A DNA stretch of 64,000 nucleotides, from positions 5,344-69,343 of IMG/VR virus record IMGVR_UViG_3300037247_001358, one strand, 5' to 3'. Each line of letters begins with the position of its first letter. Positions within the stretch are counted from its first letter, which is position 1. The stretch is from a virus. The notes beneath the pieces are model-generated. The model was not told where the DNA came from. It worked only from the letters and a program-made list of their open reading frames with translations, and did no database searches. The position numbers and the translations under genes were made by a program. Shown here piece after piece: positions 45,715 to 54,757 of this stretch.

Positions 45715-48700
45715 CGGCACCAAAGGACTGCGATCGCTGTCCTGCCCTGGTCAAGTGCCGGAAGACGGTGGTAAATGGTTGGGGCAACCCGGATGCCCGC
45801 TTCGCGTTCGTAGGACAGAACCCCGGAGAATCTGAAGACGCTCAGGGCCGGCCCTTCATCGGACGGGCCGGCCGCGTCCTCGCCACCATGATCCGGTCGG
45901 CTGACATCAACGTCGACGACGTCTTCCTCACCAACGCCGTCCGCTGCCTCACCCCGGCGATTAGGAAGCCTCGCAAGGATGAGTGGTCCGCCTGCCGGGA
46001 GTTCTTGCTGGAGGAGCTAGGGCGGGTCAAGCCGGACGTCATCGTCGCTCTTGGCGAGGTGGCCGCCCACACCCTCTACGGCCGTACGTCGCTCGACTCT
46101 GTGCTCGGGCAGACCCTCGTGCAGGAGGAGCTGGGCATCCAACTCATCGTCACGTATCACCCGGCCTTCGTATTGCGTGGTCAGTGGAACGCCGTCCCGC
46201 TCATCCTCTCCCACTTCGAGAAGGCCAAGCGCATCGTCGCCGGGACACAGACGCTCGGGGAGCTGGGCGACTACGCACCGATCCTCACTATCGAGAACCT
46301 CAAGCTCCTACGGGACTACCTGCTGTCGGCTCCGCTTATCCACCTTGATTCCGAAACAACCGGCAAAGAGTGGAAGGACGATGAGCTGCTTTGCATCTCC
46401 TTTGCTACCGAGCCGGGTGAGGGCTACGTCGTCCCCATCCTCCAGCGGGGAGGGGGTCGCTTCTGGGCCGACACTGAGCAAGCGGAGGCGATGATGATCA
46501 TAGGTGAGATCCTCGCTTCGCCAGTACCCAAGGCTCTCCAGGGTGGGGCCTTCGACATCAGGTTCTTCGAGCGGGAGCGTTCTTACCACATCACCGCACG
46601 GACGGCGTTCGGTTGGAGGTTGTTCAACCTCCAGCAGGACACCATGCTCATGCACCGGCTAACCCACGAGTACCTACCCAAGGAATCGACGCCGAACGAA
46701 CTCCCCCACCTTCTCAGCTCCTATTCGGACATGCCTGTCTACGGGGACGAGGTGCGCAAGCAGTCGAAGAACAAGCTCCACATGGATGAGGTGGAGAACC
46801 GCTACCTCTGGGAATTGGCGGCCGCCGATGCGGACGCCGTCGCCCGCCTCGTCCCTATCCTGGGACAGCAGCTAGACGAGGACGGCGACAGCCGCTGGAT
46901 CTACGAGAACGTCAGCATCCCGATGGTTCGCTGCTGCCAGGAGATGACCCGGCGGGGGATGCTCGTCGACCAGGACTACTTCACCAGCCTGTGCGAGCAC
47001 TACGAGCAGAAGGCCAGAGAGCTAGAGAAGCAGGCGTTTGAGATCGCAGGGCGGGAGTTCAACCCGAACTCGACGAAGCAAGTCCAGGACGTGCTGTTCC
47101 GCGAGCTGGCCCTCCCCAAGTCCGGTCGCAAGACCGGGGCCGCTACCGAGTGTGACGCCTGCGAGAAGGGTGCCTGCGAAAAGCACGATCAGGTCTCGGA
47201 GGACGCGCTGCTCGACATCAAGGGGCAGGTTGACCACCCCATCCTCGATGTCCTAATGGAGATCCGCAGTGTCTCTAAGCTACGGGGCACCTATCTCGCG
47301 GGCACCGGCGGAGACAGCCAGGGCTTCCTGGGCCACATCCGGCGAGACGGCCGCATCCACCCGGAGTTCAAGGGCGGGTTTGCGGAAACTGGAAGAGCCG
47401 CATCCCAGAATCCGAACGCCCAAAACATCCCCAAAGGTGTCGAGATCGAGGAGCTAGGTACGAAGAACGCCTTCCGCCGTACCTTCATTGCTCCCCCCGG
47501 TCACGTCCTCATGGAAGCAGACTGGTCCCAGGCAGAGGTCTGGGTGACGGCCTACGGGCTGGCCGAGCAGTTCGGCGACCGGACCCTACTAGAGATCCTC
47601 GAGTCGGGGCGCGACGTCCACTGCGTCACACCGGAGACCCGGATTTTGACGGCGGATCTCCTTTGGAAGGAGGCCGGACAGATCGTAGTTGGGGAGAAAA
47701 TCCTTGGCTTCGATGAGGATCGGGCCAAAGGCAAGACACGGCACTACCGGGCCGCAACTATCGTAGCCGCAAACAGGCAGAAGGCCCGTGTGTACGAACT
47801 ACGCCTATCGGACGGGACGCGCCTACGCTCTACCGGAGACCATCGATGGCTGGTGAAGACGCGGGGTAAAGTAGACCGGGATACCAGAATGTACGCTTGG
47901 GTTCGCACCGATGAACTGGCCCAGCGTTGCAAGAGCCCTTGGAAGAAGCGCGGGCCTGTCCTGCCACGATACTTCCAACCGTGGGAGAGTGGGCAAGACT
48001 ATGATAGTGGCTTCTTGGCGGGGGCATTTGATGGTGAGGGTTCCTTGTCAGGCTACGCGGGGCGTTACCGAGCACGGCTGGCATTCGTGCAGAACGACAA
48101 CGCTCTCCTACGCGACGTCGAGATCGTCCTAAAGCAGAAGGGACACACCTACGGACGACATGAGCGGAGCACCTCAACATCGCCTCGGACAGGGCTACCT
48201 ACAGGTAATACAGTCGTACAGCTCGAACTGAACAACGGATTTGCTGGAACGCTCCGCTTCCTGGGCGAGATGCGCCCACCACGCCTTCTCGAGAAATGGC
48301 AGGAGATGTTCGAGAAGGATGAGTTTCTGGAGATGCGTGCCATCGATCAGGTCGTCGTTGAGGAGGTCATCGACCTGGGGGAGCAAACCATCATGGCGCT
48401 CCAATCCAATTGCCAAACCTACTTCGCCGAAGGGTTTGGGGCACACAACACCGCTGTCGGCCGCGCCATCTGGCCCGTCGACCTAGAGCTGGATGAGTTC
48501 GAGTGGGCTAAGGAGCACGACGACCTCCGCACCGACGCCAAGGTCTTCACCTTCGGGATCACCTTCGGCCTCACCGTTGAGGGGATCATGGAGCGGCTAC
48601 ACTGCTCGAAAGAAGACGCTCAGCGCTACCTGGTGGCCTACCTGGAGATGGCACCGGGCCTGCGAGACTACAAGGACTACGTCCAGAACACCATACTGGC

Positions 48701-49181
48701 GGGAGAGCCTCTCACCAACAAGTTTGGGAGGCAGTGGCACTTCCCTCAAGTGGAAGTCATGAAGCTGTGCAACGCCAGGTTCGACCTCGAAGAACTGTTC
48801 CGTGAGGGAGTTAACCGGGGTATTCAAGGCGGGGCGTCCGACCTCCACTCACTAGCCCACGTCGACACGGAGTCCAACCCGAAGATGCGTGAGGTCTTCC
48901 GCATCATCGACGCCGTCCATGACTCCTGCCTCGCCGAGGTCCCGGCACCGGATCTCGCCACCGTGCTCGAGACGGCCTGGATGGTGAAGCACCTCTGGCA
49001 GGAGATCGCGCTCAACACCGTGCTGGCCGATGGCTCGAAGCTCGGCTGGCAGATCCCGGTAGAGGTGAGTTGGGGCCGGAACTGGGGGGATATGCCGTAC
49101 GTCCTAACCGCCCGTGGTGGCCTCCTCTACAAAGGCCAGCCGGTGCAGACGGATATGACGGCAGCACTTCCCATAGCTTAG
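45711..49181 (+). CDS. polA: family A DNA polymerase with N-terminal family-4 uracil-DNA glycosylase domain and 3'-5' exonuclease; contains an intein
   Basis: UDG: CxxCxxL, GQNPG..E...G.PFIG.AG, NAVRC, YHPA; exonuclease DSET; polymerase TGR..S.NPN.QNIP, ADWSQAE, AK...FG, IQG, VHDS. Confidence 0.95.
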   Translation: MTAPKDCDRCPALVKCRKTVVNGWGNPDARFAFVGQNPGESEDAQGRPFIGRAGRVLATMIRSADINVDDVFLTNAVRCLTPAIRKPRKDEWSACREFLLEELGRVKPDVIVALGEVAAHTLYGRTSLDSVLGQTLVQEELGIQLIVTYHPAFVLRGQWNAVPLILSHFEKAKRIVAGTQTLGELGDYAPILTIENLKLLRDYLLSAPLIHLDSETTGKEWKDDELLCISFATEPGEGYVVPILQRGGGRFWADTEQAEAMMIIGEILASPVPKALQGGAFDIRFFERERSYHITARTAFGWRLFNLQQDTMLMHRLTHEYLPKESTPNELPHLLSSYSDMPVYGDEVRKQSKNKLHMDEVENRYLWELAAADADAVARLVPILGQQLDEDGDSRWIYENVSIPMVRCCQEMTRRGMLVDQDYFTSLCEHYEQKARELEKQAFEIAGREFNPNSTKQVQDVLFRELALPKSGRKTGAATECDACEKGACEKHDQVSEDALLDIKGQVDHPILDVLMEIRSVSKLRGTYLAGTGGDSQGFLGHIRRDGRIHPEFKGGFAETGRAASQNPNAQNIPKGVEIEELGTKNAFRRTFIAPPGHVLMEADWSQAEVWVTAYGLAEQFGDRTLLEILESGRDVHCVTPETRILTADLLWKEAGQIVVGEKILGFDEDRAKGKTRHYRAATIVAANRQKARVYELRLSDGTRLRSTGDHRWLVKTRGKVDRDTRMYAWVRTDELAQRCKSPWKKRGPVLPRYFQPWESGQDYDSGFLAGAFDGEGSLSGYAGRYRARLAFVQNDNALLRDVEIVLKQKGHTYGRHERSTSTSPRTGLPTGNTVVQLELNNGFAGTLRFLGEMRPPRLLEKWQEMFEKDEFLEMRAIDQVVVEEVIDLGEQTIMALQSNCQTYFAEGFGAHNTAVGRAIWPVDLELDEFEWAKEHDDLRTDAKVFTFGITFGLTVEGIMERLHCSKEDAQRYLVAYLEMAPGLRDYKDYVQNTILAGEPLTNKFGRQWHFPQVEVMKLCNARFDLEELFREGVNRGIQGGASDLHSLAHVDTESNPKMREVFRIIDAVHDSCLAEVPAPDLATVLETAWMVKHLWQEIALNTVLADGSKLGWQIPVEVSWGRNWGDMPYVLTARGGLLYKGQPVQTDMTAALPIA
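47622..48449 (+). mobile_element. intein with LAGLIDADG homing endonuclease motif (276 aa)
   Basis: Begins CVTPETRIL after DVH, block B TGDHRW, FLAGAFDGEGS, ends HN before Thr+1. Confidence 0.92.
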
Positions 49182-49184
49182 TCG

Positions 49185-49223
49185 CAGACAGACTTGACGC
49201 AGGCCCTTCCTGTCGCTTAGACT
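49185..49223 (+). promoter_or_regulatory. promoter TTGACG-18-TAGACT within CAGACAGACTTGACGCA box
   Basis: Upstream of endolysin. Confidence 0.7.
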
Positions 49224-49232
49224 AAGGGGGAG

Positions 49233-49934
49233 ATGGTCTACACACAGACCCCCTTCCCACCTGACTATCCCAGTATCGTCGTGCCCGCGCATCCGGGGAA
49301 CGTCGACGAGCGACAGCCCAACGCCCCCAGAGCGCTCATGTTGCACACGCCGGAGGAACCCGTCGATGACTACGAGTCGACTCCCGTTTACTTCTCCAGC
49401 GATAGGGGAGCAGCTACCCACTATTACTCTGATTCCGATGGGGACTGGTACCAGATGGTTCCTGAAGCCGTCGGTGCGATCGCCAACGGGCGCCGCAACA
49501 AGCCCCGCCCGACCTGGGCTGTGCCTGGGATCTCTCTAAACCTGCAAACGATCAGTGTTGAGATTGAGGGGTATGCCGCCGCTATGCACCGGACGATGCC
49601 TCGTGGCGGACGACAGTGGAACGCCGTCGTCCGCTGGGTAGAGAACCGCAGCAGGCAGCACCTCATCCCCCTCGACCGCGCTCACATCATGGGCCACTAC
49701 GAGGTGGCCGACAATCGCAGCGACCCAGGCACCTTGAACATCGACCTAATCGTTGAAGATGCGCGCAAACTCAGGGAGGCACACATGACCCCCAACAAGG
49801 TAGACGTCATCGAGGCCACCAACGATTTCGCCGGCACGTTCGCGGAGGCCCAGGGCTACATGCTCCGTCAGGAGAAGCTGCCACGCGGGCTGCGTGACCG
49901 GCTCCAGGCGATCCTCAACCTCGCCAACCGATGA
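49233..49934 (+). CDS. N-acetylmuramoyl-L-alanine amidase (endolysin, Amidase_2)
   Basis: LHT, THY, SVEIEG, GH.E.....SDPG. Confidence 0.88.
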   Translation: MVYTQTPFPPDYPSIVVPAHPGNVDERQPNAPRALMLHTPEEPVDDYESTPVYFSSDRGAATHYYSDSDGDWYQMVPEAVGAIANGRRNKPRPTWAVPGISLNLQTISVEIEGYAAAMHRTMPRGGRQWNAVVRWVENRSRQHLIPLDRAHIMGHYEVADNRSDPGTLNIDLIVEDARKLREAHMTPNKVDVIEATNDFAGTFAEAQGYMLRQEKLPRGLRDRLQAILNLANR

Positions 49935-50593
49935 CCAAGAACGCTAGTCGGCAGCTCCAGGCTAGGGACGCGGACGGCCTCACGCTCATGCAGCGCCGCG
50001 CCCTCCAGGCGCTAGCCCTCACGGACGACTGGCGCGACGCCTGTACGGAAGCCCAGGTCTCACCCAATTCGGTCATGCACTGGCTCTCCAACAACGAAGC
50101 CTTCCGCGCCGCCTACAACGATATTCTCCGCCCGAACATCTCCATCATCCGCGACATGATGGAGACGACGGCTCTCAAGGCCACCGGAATGTACGATGAA
50201 GCAGTCACGGCCGTCAAGATGGTTGAGTTGGAGATCGTGTGCCCAAGCTGTGCGCACAAGTTCTCCCTCACCAATCCCCAGCCAGACTGGTCCACCCGCC
50301 TCCGGGCGGGAGACACAGCGATGCGGGTGGCCAAGGTCCTCAAGGACGTGAAGGAGATCGAGGGCACCATCACCCATCTCAACATGGAGGAGAGCTTGGC
50401 CCTTGCCAGCGCGCGATACGCCATTCGCCGTGGGCAGACCCCTACCATCCCGCCCCAGATGATGGCGAAGCTGCGATCCTACTTACCAGAGGAGGCACCG
50501 AATGAGGCTAGTTCCGGTCCAATCGTCGATGCTCGCGTCGATGGGATTCGACCCGTCGACGGAGACCTTGGTGATCCAGTTTCAGAACGGTAA
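49931..50593 (+). CDS. N-terminal HTH protein, possible terminase small subunit
   Basis: LT..QRR.L..L.....ACTEAQVS...V..W.....F; internal CPSC; function is inference. Confidence 0.5.
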   Translation: MTKNASRQLQARDADGLTLMQRRALQALALTDDWRDACTEAQVSPNSVMHWLSNNEAFRAAYNDILRPNISIIRDMMETTALKATGMYDEAVTAVKMVELEIVCPSCAHKFSLTNPQPDWSTRLRAGDTAMRVAKVLKDVKEIEGTITHLNMEESLALASARYAIRRGQTPTIPPQMMAKLRSYLPEEAPNEASSGPIVDARVDGIRPVDGDLGDPVSER

Positions 50594-50741
50594 GCTCTAC
50601 CGCTACTCTGGCGTGCCCTCTGAGACCTTCGTCGCCCTCATTACGGCCAAAGAGAGCCACGGGAAGGCTTTCGCTGAACTGATCAAGAGTCGGGCTTTTC
50701 CCTACACAAAGGTCGAGCCCGACGAAGTTCTTGGGCTATAG
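50502..50741 (+). CDS. KTSC domain protein
   Basis: VQSSML.SMGFD.....L.IQF..G..YRY.GVP......L..A..S.GK.F. Confidence 0.9.
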   Translation: MRLVPVQSSMLASMGFDPSTETLVIQFQNGKLYRYSGVPSETFVALITAKESHGKAFAELIKSRAFPYTKVEPDEVLGL

Positions 50742-50748
50742 ATGACAC

Positions 50749-51009
50749 GTGGCAGAAAACGTACCCGCCACAAGAACAAAGACCGCCGTACAGCGCCGCG
50801 CCGACCAGATGGGAGCGGCGCTACGGTACTTCCGAGGACCCCAGTGGACGGAGCACCCGGACCGGATCGTGATGAAGGCAGGGCGGATAGCCATCCGTCT
50901 CCTAGCGGTGAACCAGGTGCTCAAGGAGACCGAAGGGTCAGTCCTGCTCGCACCATCGACCGAGTCCGCCCTCGAGCAACTCATCCACTCGGACCAGCGC
51001 GTCCAATAG
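50749..51009 (+). CDS. hypothetical protein
   Basis: GTG start; more protein-like than the overlapping frame. Confidence 0.55.
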   Translation: MAENVPATRTKTAVQRRADQMGAALRYFRGPQWTEHPDRIVMKAGRIAIRLLAVNQVLKETEGSVLLAPSTESALEQLIHSDQRVQ

Positions 51010-52190
51010 TCCGCCCATACCGCCTTCGCTCGGCCACCGACGCACCGTCGGCGATAGATTTCGCCCAGTGGTTCCAGCAGCAGCGCCAAGAGGCGCTCGG
51101 TGTCGCCCTACGCTATCAGATGGGCCTCGCCCGCGATCGGACGCTCGGCTTCGCCAATGCTGAGGAGGGCTGGCAGGTGGACATGGGGCGCAACGACATC
51201 GTGGATGACGCCGTCAACAACGCCCTCAAGAGTCTCACTGGCCCCGATGCCCCCTCTCTCATCTTCCAGGACGCTACACGAACCGTCCCCATTCTCGTCG
51301 AGCAACTCGGCGAAAAGGGTATAGGCATCGACCTGAAGGGGTTGCTCAAGCTCATGGTGGGGGATCTCCAGGTGCTCCAGGACTGTGTCGGGCGCCGGAT
51401 AGAGCAAGGATCGTTTCAGAGCCCCGCAGATGAGGCTTACGCGGCCTTCACGGCAGAACAGCACTGGGGGGCGAGTGCTCCTGCTTTCTACCGCTCAGTG
51501 GGCCTCCCGTGGCTCTCACAGCGGATCTACGTGGCCTCCTCTCCCCCGGAAGGGGTGCCCTGGAGGATCTCCTACAGCGACCTCTTCCTCCGCGTCCTCG
51601 CCCACTTCACCCGGGAGCCTCTCCTGGTCGCCGCCTTTGTCGATGGACGTGATCCAGTCGCAGAGCTTGGCCCCCGTCTTGGCATGGATGACGAGAACCA
51701 GATCATCGCCGTCATGTTCTGGGCGGCGACCAGCTTCGACGCCGTCTATCTCTCTGAGCACCACCCCAAGGTCTATGAGTTGCTACCGGACGGGCTGGCC
51801 GATCTCCGCCAGGCCGTCGAGCGGCAGTTCTCCACGCTCTGCCTAGCCGTCATCCACCTACGGGAGGACTACACCCAGAACCGCCAGCTCCAGACACTCT
51901 ACGGTCGCTGGCTCCTTTGGGGCCTGCCGCTGCCGGAGGCGTTGTCCCAGATGTGGCTAGGGAGTGTTCAGGACATCCTGGACGTGGTCTCGGTATCCAT
52001 CGCCTCCTTCTGGGGGGAGGAGCCGCTGCCGGTCTGGCCGGTGGCCGAGGAACTGCTGGAGCGCGTCATCCGCGTCCGGGGCTGCGCCCCCAACGACCGG
52101 GGAGAGTGGCTCCCGATCCTGGAAGGGGTCCCGCAGGCGAGCTGGCCCCTGTCGGTGCCTGGGGCACCCGTGGTGATCTGGGGGGAGTAA
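51006..52190 (+). CDS. degenerate, probably inactive family A DNA polymerase paralog
   Basis: ISYSDLFLRVLAHF...L.AAF.DGRD (motif A region lacking Asp), QTLYGR, EAL....LGSVQDI; start uncertain (ATA 51006 or ATG downstream). Confidence 0.7.
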   Translation: MVRPYRLRSATDAPSAIDFAQWFQQQRQEALGVALRYQMGLARDRTLGFANAEEGWQVDMGRNDIVDDAVNNALKSLTGPDAPSLIFQDATRTVPILVEQLGEKGIGIDLKGLLKLMVGDLQVLQDCVGRRIEQGSFQSPADEAYAAFTAEQHWGASAPAFYRSVGLPWLSQRIYVASSPPEGVPWRISYSDLFLRVLAHFTREPLLVAAFVDGRDPVAELGPRLGMDDENQIIAVMFWAATSFDAVYLSEHHPKVYELLPDGLADLRQAVERQFSTLCLAVIHLREDYTQNRQLQTLYGRWLLWGLPLPEALSQMWLGSVQDILDVVSVSIASFWGEEPLPVWPVAEELLERVIRVRGCAPNDRGEWLPILEGVPQASWPLSVPGAPVVIWGE

Positions 52191-52205
52191 AGCGAAGGAG
52201 GAGCG

Positions 52206-52625
52206 ATGCGAGTAGTGATCAATCCAGGATCAGGCCCCATAGATGGCGGTACGGCAGAGTTGGCTGAGGAGAACATGCGGCACCTCATCGCCGATGTAGA
52301 GGCGGGAGAGGCTGAGGCCGCACTGCGGCACCTCGAAGAGGGAGGCTACCCCCTCGGCCAATGGAAGTTCGTGCCGGTAGAACCGGAGGACTACGGTGAT
52401 GGGCGCTTCGCCTTCTTGATCTGGCGAGGGAACAAGTGCCACCTGATCCAGATGCCTGGTCTATCGCTGGAGAAGGTGCGGTATGTGGGCGAGCACCAAA
52501 ACATCTGGGACTACCCACGCCTGTACGTAGACGACGGCAGTTGGGTGTGGCGCTTCGCAATCAACATCATCGTGAAGGGAACGGGTGAAGAAGAGGCTGA
52601 GCCCTCGACCGAGGCGCGTAGCTAG
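52206..52625 (+). CDS. conserved phage hypothetical protein
   Basis: AAGGAGG SD; PRLYVDDGSW.W motif. Confidence 0.7.
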   Translation: MRVVINPGSGPIDGGTAELAEENMRHLIADVEAGEAEAALRHLEEGGYPLGQWKFVPVEPEDYGDGRFAFLIWRGNKCHLIQMPGLSLEKVRYVGEHQNIWDYPRLYVDDGSWVWRFAINIIVKGTGEEEAEPSTEARS

Positions 52626-53089
52626 GGAAGGATTAGGCTCGTCCGCCGAGGTAGAGCATCCGAGCGCATCTGAACCACATGGCTAGGGAGCCCCGTAGGG
52701 CAGGCCAGGATGCAGATGCCGACGTCGCCCTTGACGACCACCCGCCTCTCCTCATTGCCCTCTAGGTAGTTCAAGATGTCGCCAGGCTGAAACTCCTGGA
52801 TGATGCGGAGCCGGTGTGAGCAGCCCTCGACCAAGCAGTCCATCCCTGAGTCGGGACCGCCGGTGCCGGTGATGGCCGGACCGGCTGGTGGCGGGGCGAC
52901 TACCTCGTAGCCCCTGTTGGCGTAGAGCCAGCCGGAGTCCGGGTGGGCATCGGGGTCGTCGGGACGCTCGTTCGGGGGGAACCTGTGGTGGCGGTCGATC
53001 TCGCGCGGGAGCCTGCCCTGCCGCTCCTTCTCCGCCCGCTCCTCACGGAGTTCCCGGAGCTGCTCCTCTAGGGGCTTCTGTGGAGTCAT
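52622..53089 (-). CDS. hypothetical protein
   Basis: ATG at 53089; C...C.H...C....H. Confidence 0.55.
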   Translation of the reverse strand: MTPQKPLEEQLRELREERAEKERQGRLPREIDRHHRFPPNERPDDPDAHPDSGWLYANRGYEVVAPPPAGPAITGTGGPDSGMDCLVEGCSHRLRIIQEFQPGDILNYLEGNEERRVVVKGDVGICILACPTGLPSHVVQMRSDALPRRTSLILP

Positions 53090-53144
53090 CCCAAGACCAG
53101 ATCCCAGAAGTTGAAGCAAAGCCAGACGAGAGTGAAGAGGAGGA

Positions 53145-53333
53145 TCACCGTCTCGCCGCCAGGACCGCACCGGCGAAGGCTCGGAGGGCGCCTGCCAGGG
53201 CCGCTACGAAGTAGGTGCGCCAGTCTTGGATAACGGCCTCTGGATCCAGCTCGGCTAGTAGCTGCAAGACAAAGACGCCGGCGGCCACCCCACCAACCCA
53301 GATCAGCTCCTGTACGTGTTTGAAATCGTACAT
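53145..53333 (-). CDS. putative holin
   Basis: 62 aa, two hydrophobic helices, basic C-terminus, end of tail operon. Confidence 0.6.
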   Translation of the reverse strand: MYDFKHVQELIWVGGVAAGVFVLQLLAELDPEAVIQDWRTYFVAALAGALRAFAGAVLAARR

Positions 53334-53334
53334 C

Positions 53335-53625
53335 TCAACCTCCTCTGACCAAGTAGCCCAGAACAATCCCGGTGATGATGACACCGATTCCGGCCAGCGG
53401 GACGAGGACGTAGCCGATCATCCACTTCAGCATCCCGAACGCCCCCTCCTGACGGAGCTGGTCCTCCTTGATGTCGGCAACCTGGCCGTTCTGAGTCTTG
53501 ATGTGCTCCTCGATCCGTCCCACGATCTCGGCGGTGACGGCGATCTTCGAGTGCATCTCGACATCCCGCTGGAGATGCTTCTGGAAGTCCTGCCGTAGGG
53601 CACTGATGTCGGCCTCTACACTCAA
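53335..53625 (-). CDS. coiled-coil protein with C-terminal TM (holin/lysis-associated)
   Basis: KTQNGQV motif, C-terminal hydrophobic helix; start uncertain. Confidence 0.6.
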   Translation of the reverse strand: MSVEADISALRQDFQKHLQRDVEMHSKIAVTAEIVGRIEEHIKTQNGQVADIKEDQLRQEGAFGMLKWMIGYVLVPLAGIGVIITGIVLGYLVRGG

Positions 53626-53673
53626 ACCACCATCCTCCAATCCGGCTAGTCTAGCACAAAGGGATCTTGTTGC

Positions 53674-54036
53674 CTACTTCTGGTCCTTCCTGCGTCGGTC
53701 AGCACGGTTGCCCTCCTGGGGCTTGACGATCTCTTGAAGCCTCTCGGCATTCAGGCCGAAGACCTTGGGGGCGTGGGCCTCTACCATCCGCACGAGCCAG
53801 GAATGATCCGCATCCTCCAGTTTGATCTCGGGCTCGTTGCGCTGCTCCTTGACCTTTTCCAGGATGCGGACCCCGTGGTGGACATCCTGCATATTCCCAA
53901 CGGGCATCTGAACCATGAGCAGATAGATCATGTCTGCCGGGTATCCCGGGCGGGGTTCGGCTCCGTCGATAGCGACCGTGAAGTCTCTGTCGGTGCCAAC
54001 TGCTTTGACGATGTCGGTATTGGCGATTGTCTTCAT
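53674..54036 (-). CDS. hypothetical tail-operon protein
   Basis: AAGGAGG SD. Confidence 0.65.
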   Translation of the reverse strand: MKTIANTDIVKAVGTDRDFTVAIDGAEPRPGYPADMIYLLMVQMPVGNMQDVHHGVRILEKVKEQRNEPEIKLEDADHSWLVRMVEAHAPKVFGLNAERLQEIVKPQEGNRADRRRKDQK

Positions 54037-54046
54037 ACTCACCTCC

Positions 54047-54757
54047 TTAGATTGTCTGCGCTCCGACCCGCCGCCGGTGGGCGGCCGACGGTGGCGGTGC
54101 TGTACTAATGTGTGGAGCGGCAGGTAGAAATATCTTTGGCGGGTGCTCGGCAACCACCGTCCCAGTAGCGGTGAAGCCAAGGCCCCCGACCACGTCCTGA
54201 ATGGTTCGCACCAACGGAACATAGACAACAAGATTCTCCGGCTTCACCAGTAGTGGCGAGAAGCCTGCTGCCAAGGAAGCCACTTCCTCATCAGACAGTG
54301 CCGCGTTCCAGATTGCTACCTCCGCCAGCAGCCCGTCCATGTAGGCAGCAGGATTCAGCCGTCCAAGCCGTCCTATGGATATGCGGTCGATTCCTACCGT
54401 TGTGTTCACAGTGCCGTTTGTGCCCTTGCTACCTCCATCAATATAGGCAGCCCGTGAACTGGCGGATACCCACACACCCGCTGCGTGGTGCCATACGCCT
54501 GTCGAATACGTCGTTGTTGTCCGTGCGATCCCTTCGGCGCCATTACGCGACGTGGCTTCGACCTTGTCCCCGCCACCGTTGCAGCGCAGGTCATGGTAGT
54601 TGGTATTGCTCCCACTATTGACGAGCGCAATCATAAACTGGTTAGCCGCCGCGTTCTCACTCTTGAACCAACAGGCCATCGAGAGAGGGGGAGCTGTCAG
54701 GACGGCACTGTCAACCTCGATATATTCGGAGGATGATAGCTCGAAATCGCGGGCCAT
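54047..54757 (-). CDS. LamG/concanavalin A-like virion protein
   Basis: SMACWFK, WHHAAGV, YIDG, IG, GLLAEVAIWNAALS. Confidence 0.85.
   Translation of the reverse strand: MARDFELSSSEYIEVDSAVLTAPPLSMACWFKSENAAANQFMIALVNSGSNTNYHDLRCNGGGDKVEATSRNGAEGIARTTTTYSTGVWHHAAGVWVSASSRAAYIDGGSKGTNGTVNTTVGIDRISIGRLGRLNPAAYMDGLLAEVAIWNAALSDEEVASLAAGFSPLLVKPENLVVYVPLVRTIQDVVGGLGFTATGTVVAEHPPKIFLPAAPHISTAPPPSAAHRRRVGAQTI

Noticed and set aside
50742-51005. N-terminal extension of ORF 50742-52190
   Set aside because: Low-complexity Arg/Pro translation overlapping the more plausible ORF 50749-51009
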